In this document: one piece after another, positions 52,089 to 64,000 of the stretch
How the letters are laid out: each line of letters begins with the position of its first letter
Position numbering within the stretch: position 1 is the stretch's first letter
NCBI RefSeq assembly: GCF_006345805.1
Contig: NC_042998.1
Span: 159,402,001 to 159,466,000 of the forward strand
Reading direction: 5' to 3'
Length of the DNA: 64,000 bases
DNA from: Octopus sinensis
Lineage: Eukaryota
The notes under the pieces: model-generated
What the model was told of the DNA's origin: nothing
The model's database searches: none
The model's input: the letters and a program-made list of their open reading frames with translations, nothing else
Program-made: the position numbers and the translations under genes

Positions 52089-52870
52089 TTAGGTTGTTTC
52101 GCATGAGATGCCACATTTTTTATTACTTGTTATTTCAGTCACTTAAAAACTCAATTATGTATACCTTGCATTTAATCTTGATTCTTTTTCTTTCCCAACA
52201 ATATTGGGATACAAAATTCATACCCGCAGACCTTATGAAAATAATAACAATCAAACTATGTTGAGTGATTTTTTTGTATGAGTACAAACTGGGTTACTCT
52301 GCTGCAGAAATTCTACAAAATATCAAGCAGGCCTTTGGTAATGGTTTTGTTGACATCGGAACTGTTCAGAGATGGTTCCAAAGCTCTCATTCAGGAGATG
52401 ATAGCCTTGAAAATAAACCAAGGGGTAGGCCAAAATCAATTATTATTAAACAAAATCTGAGAACAAAGATTCGAAAACTTTCATCAGAACTCCAAACATC
52501 TCGTACAACTGTTTTTGGACATCTATAAAAAATTGGTAATGCCAAGAAAACGGATAGGTTTGTTCCACATCAACTGAATGAGATTCAAAAAAACAGATGC
52601 CTTGAAGTGTGCTCCTTATTGCTTTTGCGACTGGAAATACACCATTTTTTTCATCAAATGATTACTTGTAATGAGAAATGGATACTCTTTGACAACAAAA
52701 GGAGAACAAGGCAGTGATTAGATGCAGGAGAATTACCTAAACACTACCCAAACACACCATTGCACCCTAAACATTTAATGGTCACTGTATGGTGGTATGC
52801 AAACGGAATTATCCATTATTCATTTTTGCAACAAGGAAAAACAGTAACAGCAACATCGTATTGTCAGGAA
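52089..52870 (+). mobile_element. Mariner (Hsmar1/cecropia-like) relic, 3'-truncated
   Basis: ttaggttg left end; IFLYEYKLGYSAAE...RGRPK...FVPHQL...ITCNEKWILFDN...HPKHLMVTVWW. Confidence 0.9.
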
Positions 52871-53016
52871 ATATACATATATATATATATATAAACTTAG
52901 ATAAACTTAGATATGTTTCGACCAAAGATTGGTCCAGGCCATGTCTAACTTAATAGCACCATATACATACATACATATATATATATACATATATATACAT
53001 ACAAACATATGAAATT

Positions 53017-53225
53017 AAGGCGACTGAAGAAGGGAAATTTTCCTTGTTTTGTATGTCCTGTACTCTATGTCCATTTCCTTGGTTTTGTGTTTATGTTTTC
53101 GTTTATCATTGTGTTCGACGTTTTTTTGGTGTCCTGTACCCATATATGCATGTATATATACATGTAGAGGTAGATACGTACATATATGTATGTATATATG
53201 CATATGTTTTATTTATTTATTAATT
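53017..53225 (+). repeat. Putative Penelope-associated repeat (same family as 41870)
   Basis: ggcgactgaagaagggaaatttcc...tgttcgacgtttttttggtgtcctgtaccc. Confidence 0.75.
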
Positions 53226-53344
53226 TATATATATATACATACATATATATATATACATATTCATATACATACATATATATATATATACATATATATACAT
53301 ACATATATATATACATATACATACATATATATACATATACATAC

Positions 53345-53375
<31 letters not shown>

Positions 53376-53515
53376 ATATATATATATATATACATATATA
53401 TATACATACATATATATATATACATACACACACACACACATATATATATAATATATATATATATTATATATATATATACAAACATATATATATACATACA
53501 TATATATATATACAT

Positions 53516-53592
<77 letters not shown>

Positions 53593-53595
<3 letters not shown>

Positions 53596-53920
53596 GATGG
53601 CCATCCACTCGTGACCGAGGAAGACTATTGCCGACCTTCAGGAACATTGTGTGCTCTAGGACTAACTTATATTTTGCATTTGCAGCTCCGTTGGTGGCTA
53701 ATGAGCCCTGCTCTTGACAAGCATACACGACTGCAAACATTGCAGACCAAGCTTTCTCCATGCACTATACGAGCCGTGTGCTTTCGCGCAGCTCGGTTAA
53801 GTTCTTCATGCTGGATACGTGCTCTCTCAAAAGTGTCGATCCCCTCCTTAACCTGCTTCCTCCATCTGTGGCGATGACAGGCATTGTTCTCCCAGTCAGT
53901 GTCCTGCATATCAAAGGCCT
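53593..53920 (-). mobile_element. RTE (BovB-like) LINE C-terminus with zinc finger
   Basis: LKAFDMQDTDWE...RWRKQVKEG...[21 protein letters not shown]. Confidence 0.85.
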
Positions 53921-53924
53921 TTAA

Positions 53925-55010
53925 CCCTTTCGTTACCAAACCGCCCAAAGCCGCCCGAACAAAATTTTGGTTTATGAAACCAAACCGCCCAAAGCCGCCC
54001 GAATTTACCTATTCATATTTAAATGAGAATATCAGAGCAAATCTCTTCAGTACATTCGTGAAAACACGTATTATACTTCGTAAACAGTTCAACTACAGTT
54101 TTGTACAATAATCGATGTGTAATTTTAATTCCGTGAATTTTGGGAGATTTTTTTCCGAAATTTGTTCCTATTGTGTTTTCAAAATTTGTAATTCTGACAA
54201 AAAATGGATACGAATTTCATTATATCAAGCAGCGAGTCAGAATTCGAAGGATTTTCTACTGAAGACCTTCATAAATCTAACTCTATGACTGAAAAAAAAA
54301 AGCATGTGGTATTTGATAATGAATCTGATGTTTCATTTTCCGAAAGTGAAAACAGTGAATCTGAGATCTCCGATAGCGATAAAGAAAACGAATTGGCACC
54401 TGAATGGAGTGAAAATTTAAAAACTGTTTCTTTCGGTGAGTTTTCTGAAGAAACTGGACCAAGCCACAGACTTTCCCAGAAGAGTAAAGCCTTAGACTAT
54501 TTCTTTTTACTTTTTCGAATGAGCCTATTTGAAATCATTACAGCGGAGACGAACCGTTACGCTAAACGTAAACAAAGCAAAAGAAAGGATAGTTTGTGGT
54601 TTCCCTCAACCTTAAATGAAATTAAGACTATTTTGCCGTAAATATTATTATGGGTATCAGAAAGTTACCCAGAATAACAAATTCTATCGTAAAATTTTGT
54701 TATATACCCAATTGAATATTAGCTAATAACCCATTTTCTATAGCGATGTTTGAGCAAAATTTTAATAATTTTATATTTTGTGGAATTTACCTGTATCTAC
54801 CTGGAATTAGAGTCACTTTGTGACAAAAATTATAGTATAGAATTGGTTGAGAATATTTCATTAAATTATCTTCCAAAAATCAGATTGATATATCGATAAA
54901 TAAAAAAGTTATAGTTGTTTAATGAAACCAGACTAAATTTATGATTACGTTAGAAATTAATTGAAACACATAAGGGGTGTAATTTGGTCAGAAATATAGT
55001 AACGAAAGGG
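53925..55010 (+). mobile_element. Internally deleted piggyBac (1086 bp)
   Basis: TTAA-CCCTTTCGTTAC ... GTAACGAAAGGG-TTAA; ORF 54204-54641 with acidic N-terminus and FFLLF...AETNRYAK...W, then frameshifted IIMGIRKLP. Confidence 0.95.
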
Positions 55011-55035
55011 TTAACGACATATATACATACATATA

Positions 55036-55085
<50 letters not shown>

Positions 55086-56367
55086 TATTTATATAATAAT
55101 AATATTGCGGAATAAATCCAAACTTACAGGGAAAAATGAGATTTAGGATTAAATCCAATTTTATTGTATTTAATATTATATGATATTATATTAAATTAGA
55201 GATAAAACCACTATTAGGCAAATCAAACAGTGAAAAACATAAGCCAATACATAAAATTAATTTAAAAATATAAAAGTTAAAAATAAAAAATGATTTAAAT
55301 AATTTAAACTTATAAATTTTATATATATATACAAATATATATATATGTATGTATATTTTTATATTTATATTATTTTATTTATTAATTAATTTATTTATTT
55401 ATTTATTTTATATATCAAAAGTATTAAAAGTTTAATAAAAGATAAAGAGTAAAACACTACGATCGTTTCATGGCTGTACCAATTCGAATAACAATAATTT
55501 AAATTCAATTAATAATTCGAGTTATGGTTACAGTCAATATTCAGGTTAATTGAAATATTTTAAAAATAATCAGAAATATATAACTACGAATTGATTATTT
55601 CAATAAGTATTTTACATAAGATTTCTGAAAGTTCGTTTAAGTTTGTTTGTTTGTATTTTTGAAATTAGCTATTTCATCTTTAAATATGAAAAATTAATTT
55701 ATTAGGTTTTTATTATATGTGCATATATATTTATTTATAGAGATTATTTTAGATGTTAATTATAATATTTATATACATTTATATATTTTCATTGATAATT
55801 TATATATAATAGTTTTTTTTTTTAAATATTTATGTAATTAGATATAGACTATTACAGATATTAAATTATTGGTGTGTTTCCTACCTTATAAATTAAAATT
55901 AATATTTAACATTATAATTGATTTTGATATAATCATAATTGTTAAGTTTTAAGTTTCTAGTTTGATAATAGAGCTTATTATAAGTAAAATTATTATATTA
56001 TTAACGTAAAGTGTAATAGCCATCTGAATGTGGCTAGCCACTGGGGGTGGGTGTTACTGACGCTTTTAGCCCCAGGAGATCGACGTCTCCAGCTGGCCTT
56101 AGACACAATTTCAGTGCCCTTGTGTTATTTGCAAAGGGAGGTCATCCTCCCTCGAAAACCTAAGTGATACATACGGACTATAGTTTCAAGGTTTTTGTCT
56201 CTCGTCAACGTATGGTAAACACCGGTTTTCGATGGAGACCTTTGCAAATAATATTTAACGTTTTTCCCAGCAACCACAGTCACTGATTTAGAAAAACTGT
56301 CTGAAAGCATTAATAAATCTCCGCTAAGTGACGGGGACGTAAACACACCAGCATCGGTTGTATATAT

Positions 56368-56398
<31 letters not shown>

Positions 56399-56399
56399 T

Positions 56400-56620
56400 C
56401 TTTTATTCTTTTACTTGTTTCAGGCATTTGACTTCAGCCATGCTGGAGAATCACTTTTAGTCAAACAAATCAGCCCCACAACTTATTCTTTGTAAGCATA
56501 GTACTTATTCTATCGGTCTCTTTTGTTGAACCACTAAGTTACGGGGATGTAAACAAACCAACATCGGTTGTCAAGTGATGGTGGAGGGACAAACACAGAC
56601 ACACAAACACACACACATGC
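56400..56620 (-). mobile_element. SINE family B 3' half
   Basis: cttttattcttttacttgtttcagg...gccatgctgg...ctaagttacgggg...catcggttgtcaag. Confidence 0.85.
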
Positions 56621-56624
56621 ATCG

Positions 56625-56872
56625 TGCCTGTGGCACGTAAAAAGCACCATCCGATCGTGGCCGTTGCCAGCCTCGTCTGGCACCTGTGTCGGTGGCACGT
56701 AAAAAGCACCCGCTACACTCACGGAGTGGTTGGCGTTAGGAAGGGCATCCAGCGGTAGAAACATTGCCAGATCAGACTGGGCCTGGTGCAGCCTTCTGCC
56801 TTCCCAGACCCCGGTTGAACCGTCCAACCCATGCTAGCATGGAAAGCGGACGCTAAATGATGATGATGATGA
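56625..56872 (+). mobile_element. RTE 3' UTR/tail copy
   Basis: ggcacgtaaaaagcacc...ggagtggttggcgttaggaagggcatccagc...gatgatgat. Confidence 0.85.
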
Positions 56873-56906
56873 TATATATATATATATATATATAATATAT
56901 ATATAT

Positions 56907-57132
<226 letters not shown>

Positions 57133-57195
57133 GTGTACAATGTTTTACCAAATAGGAAAACTATAATTGTCACTAAATATTGCTATAATTGTCCA

Positions 57196-57363
57196 CTACA
57201 TTGCTAGAAATAAGAACTAATGCTGTAGGCAAAGCACATAACTGTATAAATGTATACTGTCAGCGACAATAATCACCTGAAGTCCCTGTCAGTATATATG
57301 TATACAATTATGTGCTTTGATTACTGCATTACAGCATCTTAGTACCTATTTCTAGCAATGTAG
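57196..57363. repeat. Foldback hairpin with ~70-80-bp arms
   Basis: ctacattgctagaaata...gtatactgtcagcgac / gtccctgtcagtatat...tatttctagcaatgtag; loop of about 14 nt. Confidence 0.85.
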
Positions 57364-57404
57364 GTATTACTATCACCTTAGTCATATTTAGTATTACATA
57401 TTAT

Positions 57405-58560
57405 ATTAATAAATAAAACATATGCATATATATATACATATATGTACTACCTACCTCTACATGTATATATACACGCATATATGGGTACAGGACACAAAAA
57501 AAAAACGTCGAACACAATGAGAAACGAAAACATAAACACAAAACCAAGGAACTGGACATTTTTCTTAAACAACAAAAAAAAAAGAGAGAACAGGACAAAT
57601 AACACAAGGAAAATTCCCCTTCTTCAGTCGCCATGGTTTCATCTACTCTACGTTTCGAAGGTGAAGGCGATACGCATCTTCGATAGAAACTTTCCTTCCT
57701 GCGAAAAGCAAATCAAATAAAATTTGAGATCTTTTTGCAGAGGGGTAAAAATGGTAACAAAAACAGGACAGTAACGACAGTTCAAAATATAAACAGTAAA
57801 AGACAAGACAAGGAGAATAACAAGACAAGAAGGGCTGTTAAGCCGAACGAAAAAAAAGATTACGAACGCTATTTTTGAGGACGGCGAAGGAGCAAAGAAA
57901 ATGCCGTCCACACTTCAAGGAAGTCAGGCCAGAAAGACAGTAGCAGAGCTCTCGTCGCAGGTTAACGGCGGGAGGGAGGAGGAGGAGCAAGAGAAAGGGA
58001 GAGAAAAAGGGAATGGTTGTGAGGAAACCAGAAAGAATGAAGAATGAGAGAGAGGGAGAGAGAGAGAGGGAGAGACAGTAAAGTAGAAGAAAAGGAAACC
58101 AGAAAGAATGAAGGCTGAGAAAGGGAGGGGACAGAAAGGTCAAGTGTGCGCATCATTATTAATATCAAGAACAATCTTACTTAGAAATGAATGCGTGCGT
58201 TCGGTCATATAATATATTAATAAATAAAACATATGCATATATATATATACATATATGTACGTACCTACCTCTACATGTATATATACACGCATATATGGGT
58301 ACAGGACACCAAAAAAACGTCGAACACAATGAGAAACGAAAACATAAACACAAAACCAAGGAACTGGACATTTTTCTTAAACAACAAAAAAAAAGAGAAC
58401 AGGACAAATAACACAAGGAAAACTCCCCTTCTTCAGTCGCCATGGTTTCATCTACTCTGCGTTTCGATGCTTTCGTTTCTCATTGTGTTCGACGTTTTTT
58501 GGGTGTCCTGTACCCATACATGCATGTATATATACATGTAGAGGTAGGTACGTACATATA
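57405..58560 (-). mobile_element. Penelope-like arrangement: two direct pLTR-like copies plus a short inverted copy
   Basis: Direct copies at ~57405-57660 and ~58210-58468; inverted piece at ~58470-58560. Confidence 0.7.
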
Positions 58561-58846
58561 GGTACGTACCAGACATCATCAGCATTGCTGTGCTTTCATC
58601 GCTGGATCTATGTCAGGAATTCAAAGGTGCACATTGGGTATATTTTAAATGATTGATACGGAAGATAGAGTGTAACTAGAACCTTTATTTAGCACAACAA
58701 TCGTTTCAGTTGGCTTCTGCACTGCTCCCTAGTGGGTGAGGAACGATATAATGACATCAGATGCATTGCACAGTACAGGGAGCCTCATCAAGTGACGTAA
58801 CAATTTATAAGACTTTCATTTCACTCCAAGTTGGATGCCAGTGGTA

Positions 58847-59950
58847 CAGGTGCACAATCCTTTATCCGGAACCCTTGGGGACAGTTGTGTTCTGAAATTC
58901 GGATTTTTCTGGATTTCAGAACAAAAGCCAGCTGCCCCAGATTTCAATCATCAAAACAGATGTCCTACTCCGATAATAAAAGCACATGTATACATACTCA
59001 AAATCAGTGGGAAAAACAAATAGTTGTAGAGTAATATACTGGTAAATGAAATAGTGAGACTATTAAGATCACAAATAGCAAAATACATATAGTTGGATAA
59101 TTTAAAACAAAAATACACGATCCACAAGAACAGGTAAACACATTACCATCATATTTCTGCAGAGAGATGCATAGATATTCGCACTAATTTGAATAAAGAA
59201 AGACTATAAATGGTATTACAGTTTATTCATATGCTAGAGCTATAAACTGGATCAAACTAGGCTAAATATGTAGCTGCAGTTAAGACAGGGTCCGTCAGTG
59301 TCACCAACGTTGTCATCAGGTTGAAAGCAAACCTCCGACGGTAGGCCTGGGATTTTCAAGTGATGAAGTAGCATTATGAGAGATGGTATTTTAAAAAACT
59401 TCTTCAGGTGTCATCTGTCACATTAGCATAGGTTTCTGTCTAAGTAATGTCTTTTTAATGGAGTAAACTCCCATAATCTCTTGCTCACTGATAAATGCAC
59501 ATTATTCAAGGCCAGCTGTTAACTGATAACAACTTTTCACCATATCACCTATAAGAATTTTTTTCACCCGTGTTCTTTGTGTTGTCATCGCTACTGTCTT
59601 CATTCTTATCCATATTTAACTCAATTTCAGAAATTTTCCCATCACTCAAGGAATGCACAATAGGTGCATCATTGTTAACGTTTAGCATTTCTTCAATGTT
59701 CGCTTCTTCTAGATCACTTACACTTTCGCCCAATAAACTTTTAGCGTAAATTACAAGTTTTGATATCATCTTCTCATTAGTGATACTAAATCCTCCGAAC
59801 TCATTATCTATAGGGTCGTTTTCATCAAACATCGTTATTGGCAAAATTCTATGCCAGGCATTTGTTACTGTTGATTTATCAACTTCATTCCAAGCATTCG
59901 CAACTGAGTAAATGACATCCTTTTGTATATTTGTGGTTAGGAAGTGGTTG
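58847..59950 (-). mobile_element. Tigger (pogo) transposon 3' portion
   Basis: TA-caggtgcacaatcctttatccggaacccttggg terminus; DVIYSVANAWNEV..TVTNAWHRI and CAFISEQEIMGVYSIK...LLRQKPML. Confidence 0.85.
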
Positions 59951-60249
59951 ATACAAAAAATTAAAATTACAAAGTATCTAACGTAAATGGGGGTGGGGTA
60001 ATGGCATTGGATTGAAAAGTCCTAAAGTGTATGGAGAACTTTAGTGGCTGGTTATGACAATGAAGCATGATGACGTGCACAAGAATTTGATGGGGATGTG
60101 ATTCCTATCTTTAGATTTGATGTTATTACATCGTTCCCCACTCACTAGGGAGCGGTGCAGAAAACAGCCGAAACGATTGTTGTGCTAAATAAAGGTTCTA
60201 GTTATACTCTGTCTTCTGCATCAATAATTTAAAATGTATATATATATGT

Positions 60250-60995
60250 GTAGGGTATTAAATTTTTACAAATTTACTACCAGTGGCCTAGCATGCATAA
60301 AAAGTCAATAGACGACATATTATTCAATATAAAATAGTGTACATTTAAACACAAAAGAGAAATTACCTATAACAGGCAATTTCTACACGCTAGGAGACAG
60401 TCAAAACAACTGAAGACCACAAAAAAAATTAAGCAATTTCAAAGGGAATGAAAAGTAAAAAACTTTTACCTTGTTTTTACGGTTATACCCATAGGTTTCG
60501 GATTTTTTTTTTAGTAAATAAGATAAAATAATTTTATGATTTTTTATGCATGCTAGGCCACTGGTAGTAAATTTGTAAAAATTTATTACCCTATATAGAT
60601 ATCTAAGTATCGATATTAGCTTTTCAAAGTTCATTTCGGCATTCTTCATTTTCTGCCGACTGAAACTACGCTTGCGTAGTGGATTTTGAAAAAAATTATA
60701 ACATATAGGGATGTGACACGTGCTATCGGTCTCATTATTATAGGTTAGTCTTTGCTGGCTCGGTTACTGAAGAGGATTTGCCTGGTAAATTAAATTATTT
60801 TATTTTATTTACTATAAAACATCCGAAACCTATAGGTATAATCGTAAAAACAAGGTAAAAGTTTTTATTTTTCATTCCCTTTGAAATTGCTTAAATTTTT
60901 TTTGTGGTCTTCAGTCGTTTTGACTGTCTCCTAGCGTGTAGAAAGTGTCTGTTATAGGTAATTTCTCATTGCATTCAAATGTACACTATTTTATA
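60250..60995. repeat. Interleaved inverted-repeat complex
   Basis: 60250-60305 inverted at 60540-60595; 60320-60530 inverted at 60795-60995. Confidence 0.85.
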
Positions 60996-61094
60996 TATTA
61001 TATATATATATGTGTGTGTGTGAGTGTGTATGTATGTATGTATGTGAATATACATATACACACACATACACACACACATATATTTATTTATCGA

Positions 61095-61400
61095 GGCATC
61101 ATCCAATCAGGCTGATTGCCCGGGTCACCCTGACTACCTCTCTCCATCCCTCTTGATCTTCCATTAGTGTTTTTAGGTCTTCAACTTGGCATCCAACATC
61201 TGCAAGCTGTTGTATATACATCTTCTGTGGTCTTCCAGCCACTGTAGTACCATAATTTGGTGTCCACAGTAACACGTGACTCACAAATTCTTCCTTACTT
61301 CTCCAGTAGTGGTCAGCAAACCTCAATCTCCACTTTTGGATTATTGATGAGAAAGTTGGTACATTCCCACATAACCATCGTTTTGTTGGATATTCCCTAC
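61095..61400 (-). mobile_element. RTE/RTEX-like LINE C-terminus
   Basis: IIQKWRLRFADHYWRSKEEFVSHVLLWTP...GRPQKMYIQQL...MEDQEGWREVV. Confidence 0.8.
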
Positions 61401-61537
61401 AAGAGATGTTAGGATTTTTGTAATGATAGTGCTTTGCCTTCTTGGAATGTAAAGCAATGACTAAGAAGTTGAGAGTCATTAGATTGATGTTTATAGATAT
61501 GCTTAGGTTAAACTTCTTGAAGGTTTCTTTTAAGTTA

Positions 61538-62432
61538 CGTGGCCTGATCAATAAGAATCCTTACTGTTGCCTAGTCACGAAGCTAAAGTATGCAGAGTTG
61601 AAGCTGCTTGGCACAGATTGACTTTGAACCCTGTTGTGCATGCGCACTAAGTTTTAATGTTCTAGCTTACTTCCACTGTTTACAGCAGTGCTTGGAAGGA
61701 ACGTGTGTAGCATGTGATCATCACATAGACCATGACAGAGAAAGTTGAGCAAAGAATCTGCATCAAATTTTGCCAAAAGCTTGGCGATACCTGCTCAGAG
61801 GCCTATGCTAAGTTTGCAAAAAGTCTTCATCGTTCTCAACACAATCAAGGAGATCTTGTACAACTCAAACCCGAGTGTCTTTTTGGTTAGCTGAAAGCAT
61901 TTTTGGCACAAACATGGCAGACACGCGTCTTATACCCAAATCTTCAGTGATAATGATCTGAACTGAAATGTAATTAATCTGCACGTCCTCTGATAACTCA
62001 CGGATGGTGATTCGACGATTTTCCCTTATAGATGTACGATTATCTGCAATATTTTTCTCACTTCTACTGGTTGAGGTTCCCCAGAACGTTCATCAATATC
62101 GAAATATTTTCCGGCTATCTTGGAAACATCTGAACCACTCGTACGCTTGTGTGCGACTCATACACTTTTCTCCATAAACTTTCTGCAACTTTGCGTAGGC
62201 CTCTGAGCAGGCATCGCCATGACAGTTTTCTCTGTCATGGCCAATGTAACGATCACTCGCTACACACCTTCCTTCCAAGCACTGCTGTAAGCATTTGAAG
62301 TGAGCTAGAATGTTAAAACTTAATACACATGCACAGCAGAGTTTAAGATCAATCTGTGTCAAGCAACTTCACTCTGAGTGCTTTAGCTCCATTACTATGG
62401 CAACAGTCCGGATATATATTGATCTGACCTCG
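61538..62432. mobile_element. Mariner derivative built from two inward-facing 5' ends
   Basis: TA-cgtggcctgatcaata ... tattgatctgacctcg-TA; plus arm MTEKVEQRICIKFCQKLGDTCSEAY; minus arm repeats the same leader and CSEAYAKLQKVYGEKCMSRTQAYEWF...RITIREL. Confidence 0.9.
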
Positions 62433-62995
62433 TATTCTTATATCTATCCATAATTTGGCCATTCATATTATATGAAATACAAGGATGTCATCTCTGTATA
62501 AGGTTTAGAAGTTGTGTTTCTTGGGGGTGGCCAGGATAGGTAATGTAACGAGGTCTGCTACCTTAGCCCCATCATAACTCCCCTGAGAAATGCCCAGCAA
62601 TGAGCACTTTCCTTTTTGATCAAGCATGTATTGTCATAATATTGTACTGATTTTTAGTATGTATGATTATTCTAAAATCAGGATCACTAATCCTAATGTG
62701 TAGGGGTTTCATGAGGAAATGATTTCAATTTGGAAAATTAGAAATCCACAATATCAGACCAGGCAAATCTACAAGTCACTTTGCTTACAACACAGCATAA
62801 TTATTTGATGCAGTTTCATTGAATCCTTCTGATAACAAAATTGATGGCATCGAAAATACGCTTGTCTACTATCGCTAACCCATTTTTATCAACCTAAATT
62901 TAGAGTTGAAGAGGAAATTAGATTCATGGTCTCAAGGGTGATTTAGGTGGAGTATGACTAGATGACCCATATGTTTTTTCTTCTGATTTTAACAG

Positions 62996-63075
62996 AAGGG
63001 CTAGCCCCCTTTGCTCTGTTATTTGATATTGCGGGTGTTAGATATCCTGTATGCTTTGGAAATGTTATTAGATAA
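62996..63075 (+). CDS. Candidate exon, product unknown
   Basis: Strong acceptor tgttttttcttctgattttaaCAG; open frame EGLAPFALLFDIAGVRYPVCFGNVIR*, with a possible internal donor CCT|GTATGC. Confidence 0.25.
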
Positions 63076-64000
63076 GAGCTCGATGTTTTTGCACTAGTTT
63101 CATGTTTTTTTTTGTTGTTGTTTTATTAGCAAAGAATGTCTACATTCAAAGTTGTTTTTTTTAATGTGTTGTGTCATATAATTATTGAAAGTAGCAAAGA
63201 AATAATTGGCACAGTATCAAAATTTTACTCTTTTAATCAGATTAATCAATTGGTTTAAAAGTTCTTGAGGTCATTTATCCGACACTCTCATGGTTTGAAA
63301 CCAAATTTATATGTGGATGATGAAAGGTTCTTGTTCTCAAAGAATTATGACTACCTACTCTTCAGCAAATACAGAATATAAGCAAACAGTATATTTTAAG
63401 AACTTGTAGCTTCCTCCATTTATATTGACAGCATTTGAATGACTAGATGTGACTTTACATCTGTGAGTGATGCAGATTTTAGTCACAAAGTTTTGAAACA
63501 AATACTAAACCTCGATGCCATGTATTGCGTGCTCTTTCCTTTCATTTATATACTCATCTGTATTTATGAGTGTGTGTGAGTGTGTATCTGTGAGTGTCTC
63601 TGTGTAAGTATGTCTGTGTCTTTGCATGAGCATGTGTGTGACTGTGTGTGAGTATGTGTGAGTGTATGTGTGATTTTAAGCTAAAATTATATTAACTGCC
63701 ACTATTAGTTTCACGTTTTACTGATTTTCAAGCGATCACTGGAATAAATTAAGCAATATCGTATTTATACATAGTATAACTTATACAAACCCTTGAATAA
63801 GCACGTAACCAATATAAAACTTTTTAATGTGGCTGGAACATTCACCCGTTTGTCTTTTTGATATGTGACCGCACAAAAGATGAATTTTTTATTCACGTTA
63901 TTTAAAGAAAATCTTTGATTTCTTTTAGACCGTAAATGAATTTATTATGCGGCTGTTTGGTTTTCAGCCATCAGGTAATTCAAAATATTCTAATAAATAT

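Noticed and set aside
54204-54641. Domesticated PGBD gene
   Set aside because: Lies within intact TIRs/TTAA, is frameshifted, and lacks the catalytic domain.

Overview
Eukaryotic, AT-rich, repeat-dominated DNA. The SINE families and the dense (TA)n/(TATG)n/(TG)n/(GATA)n arrays point to an octopus or other coleoid cephalopod; this is an inference from family recognition, not a database hit. I found no intact, recognisable host protein-coding gene. Almost all ORFs in the supplied track are microsatellite artefacts or TE fragments. The window holds: non-LTR retrotransposon relics (R4/Dong-like, CR1-group with a near-complete ORF2, several RTE, Tx1/L1); Penelope-like element (PLE) pieces with hammerhead-ribozyme-like motifs; at least three tRNA-derived SINE families; a solo LTR; Tc1, mariner, maT-like, Tigger and piggyBac derivatives; three non-autonomous Helitrons; and many MITE/foldback elements. 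Best leads: (1) an inverted pair of PLE-type hammerhead motifs, one split at its catalytic GAAA by a MITE with an 8-bp TSD; (2) a CR1 ORF2 whose checked breaks are 1-bp indels, mostly in base runs; (3) a LINE/SINE shared 3' tail and SINE domain swapping; (4) a CpG-decay boundary near 28 kb that suggests an unannotated methylated host gene with micro-exons. Coordinates of degraded elements are approximate. All alignments and folds were done by eye.
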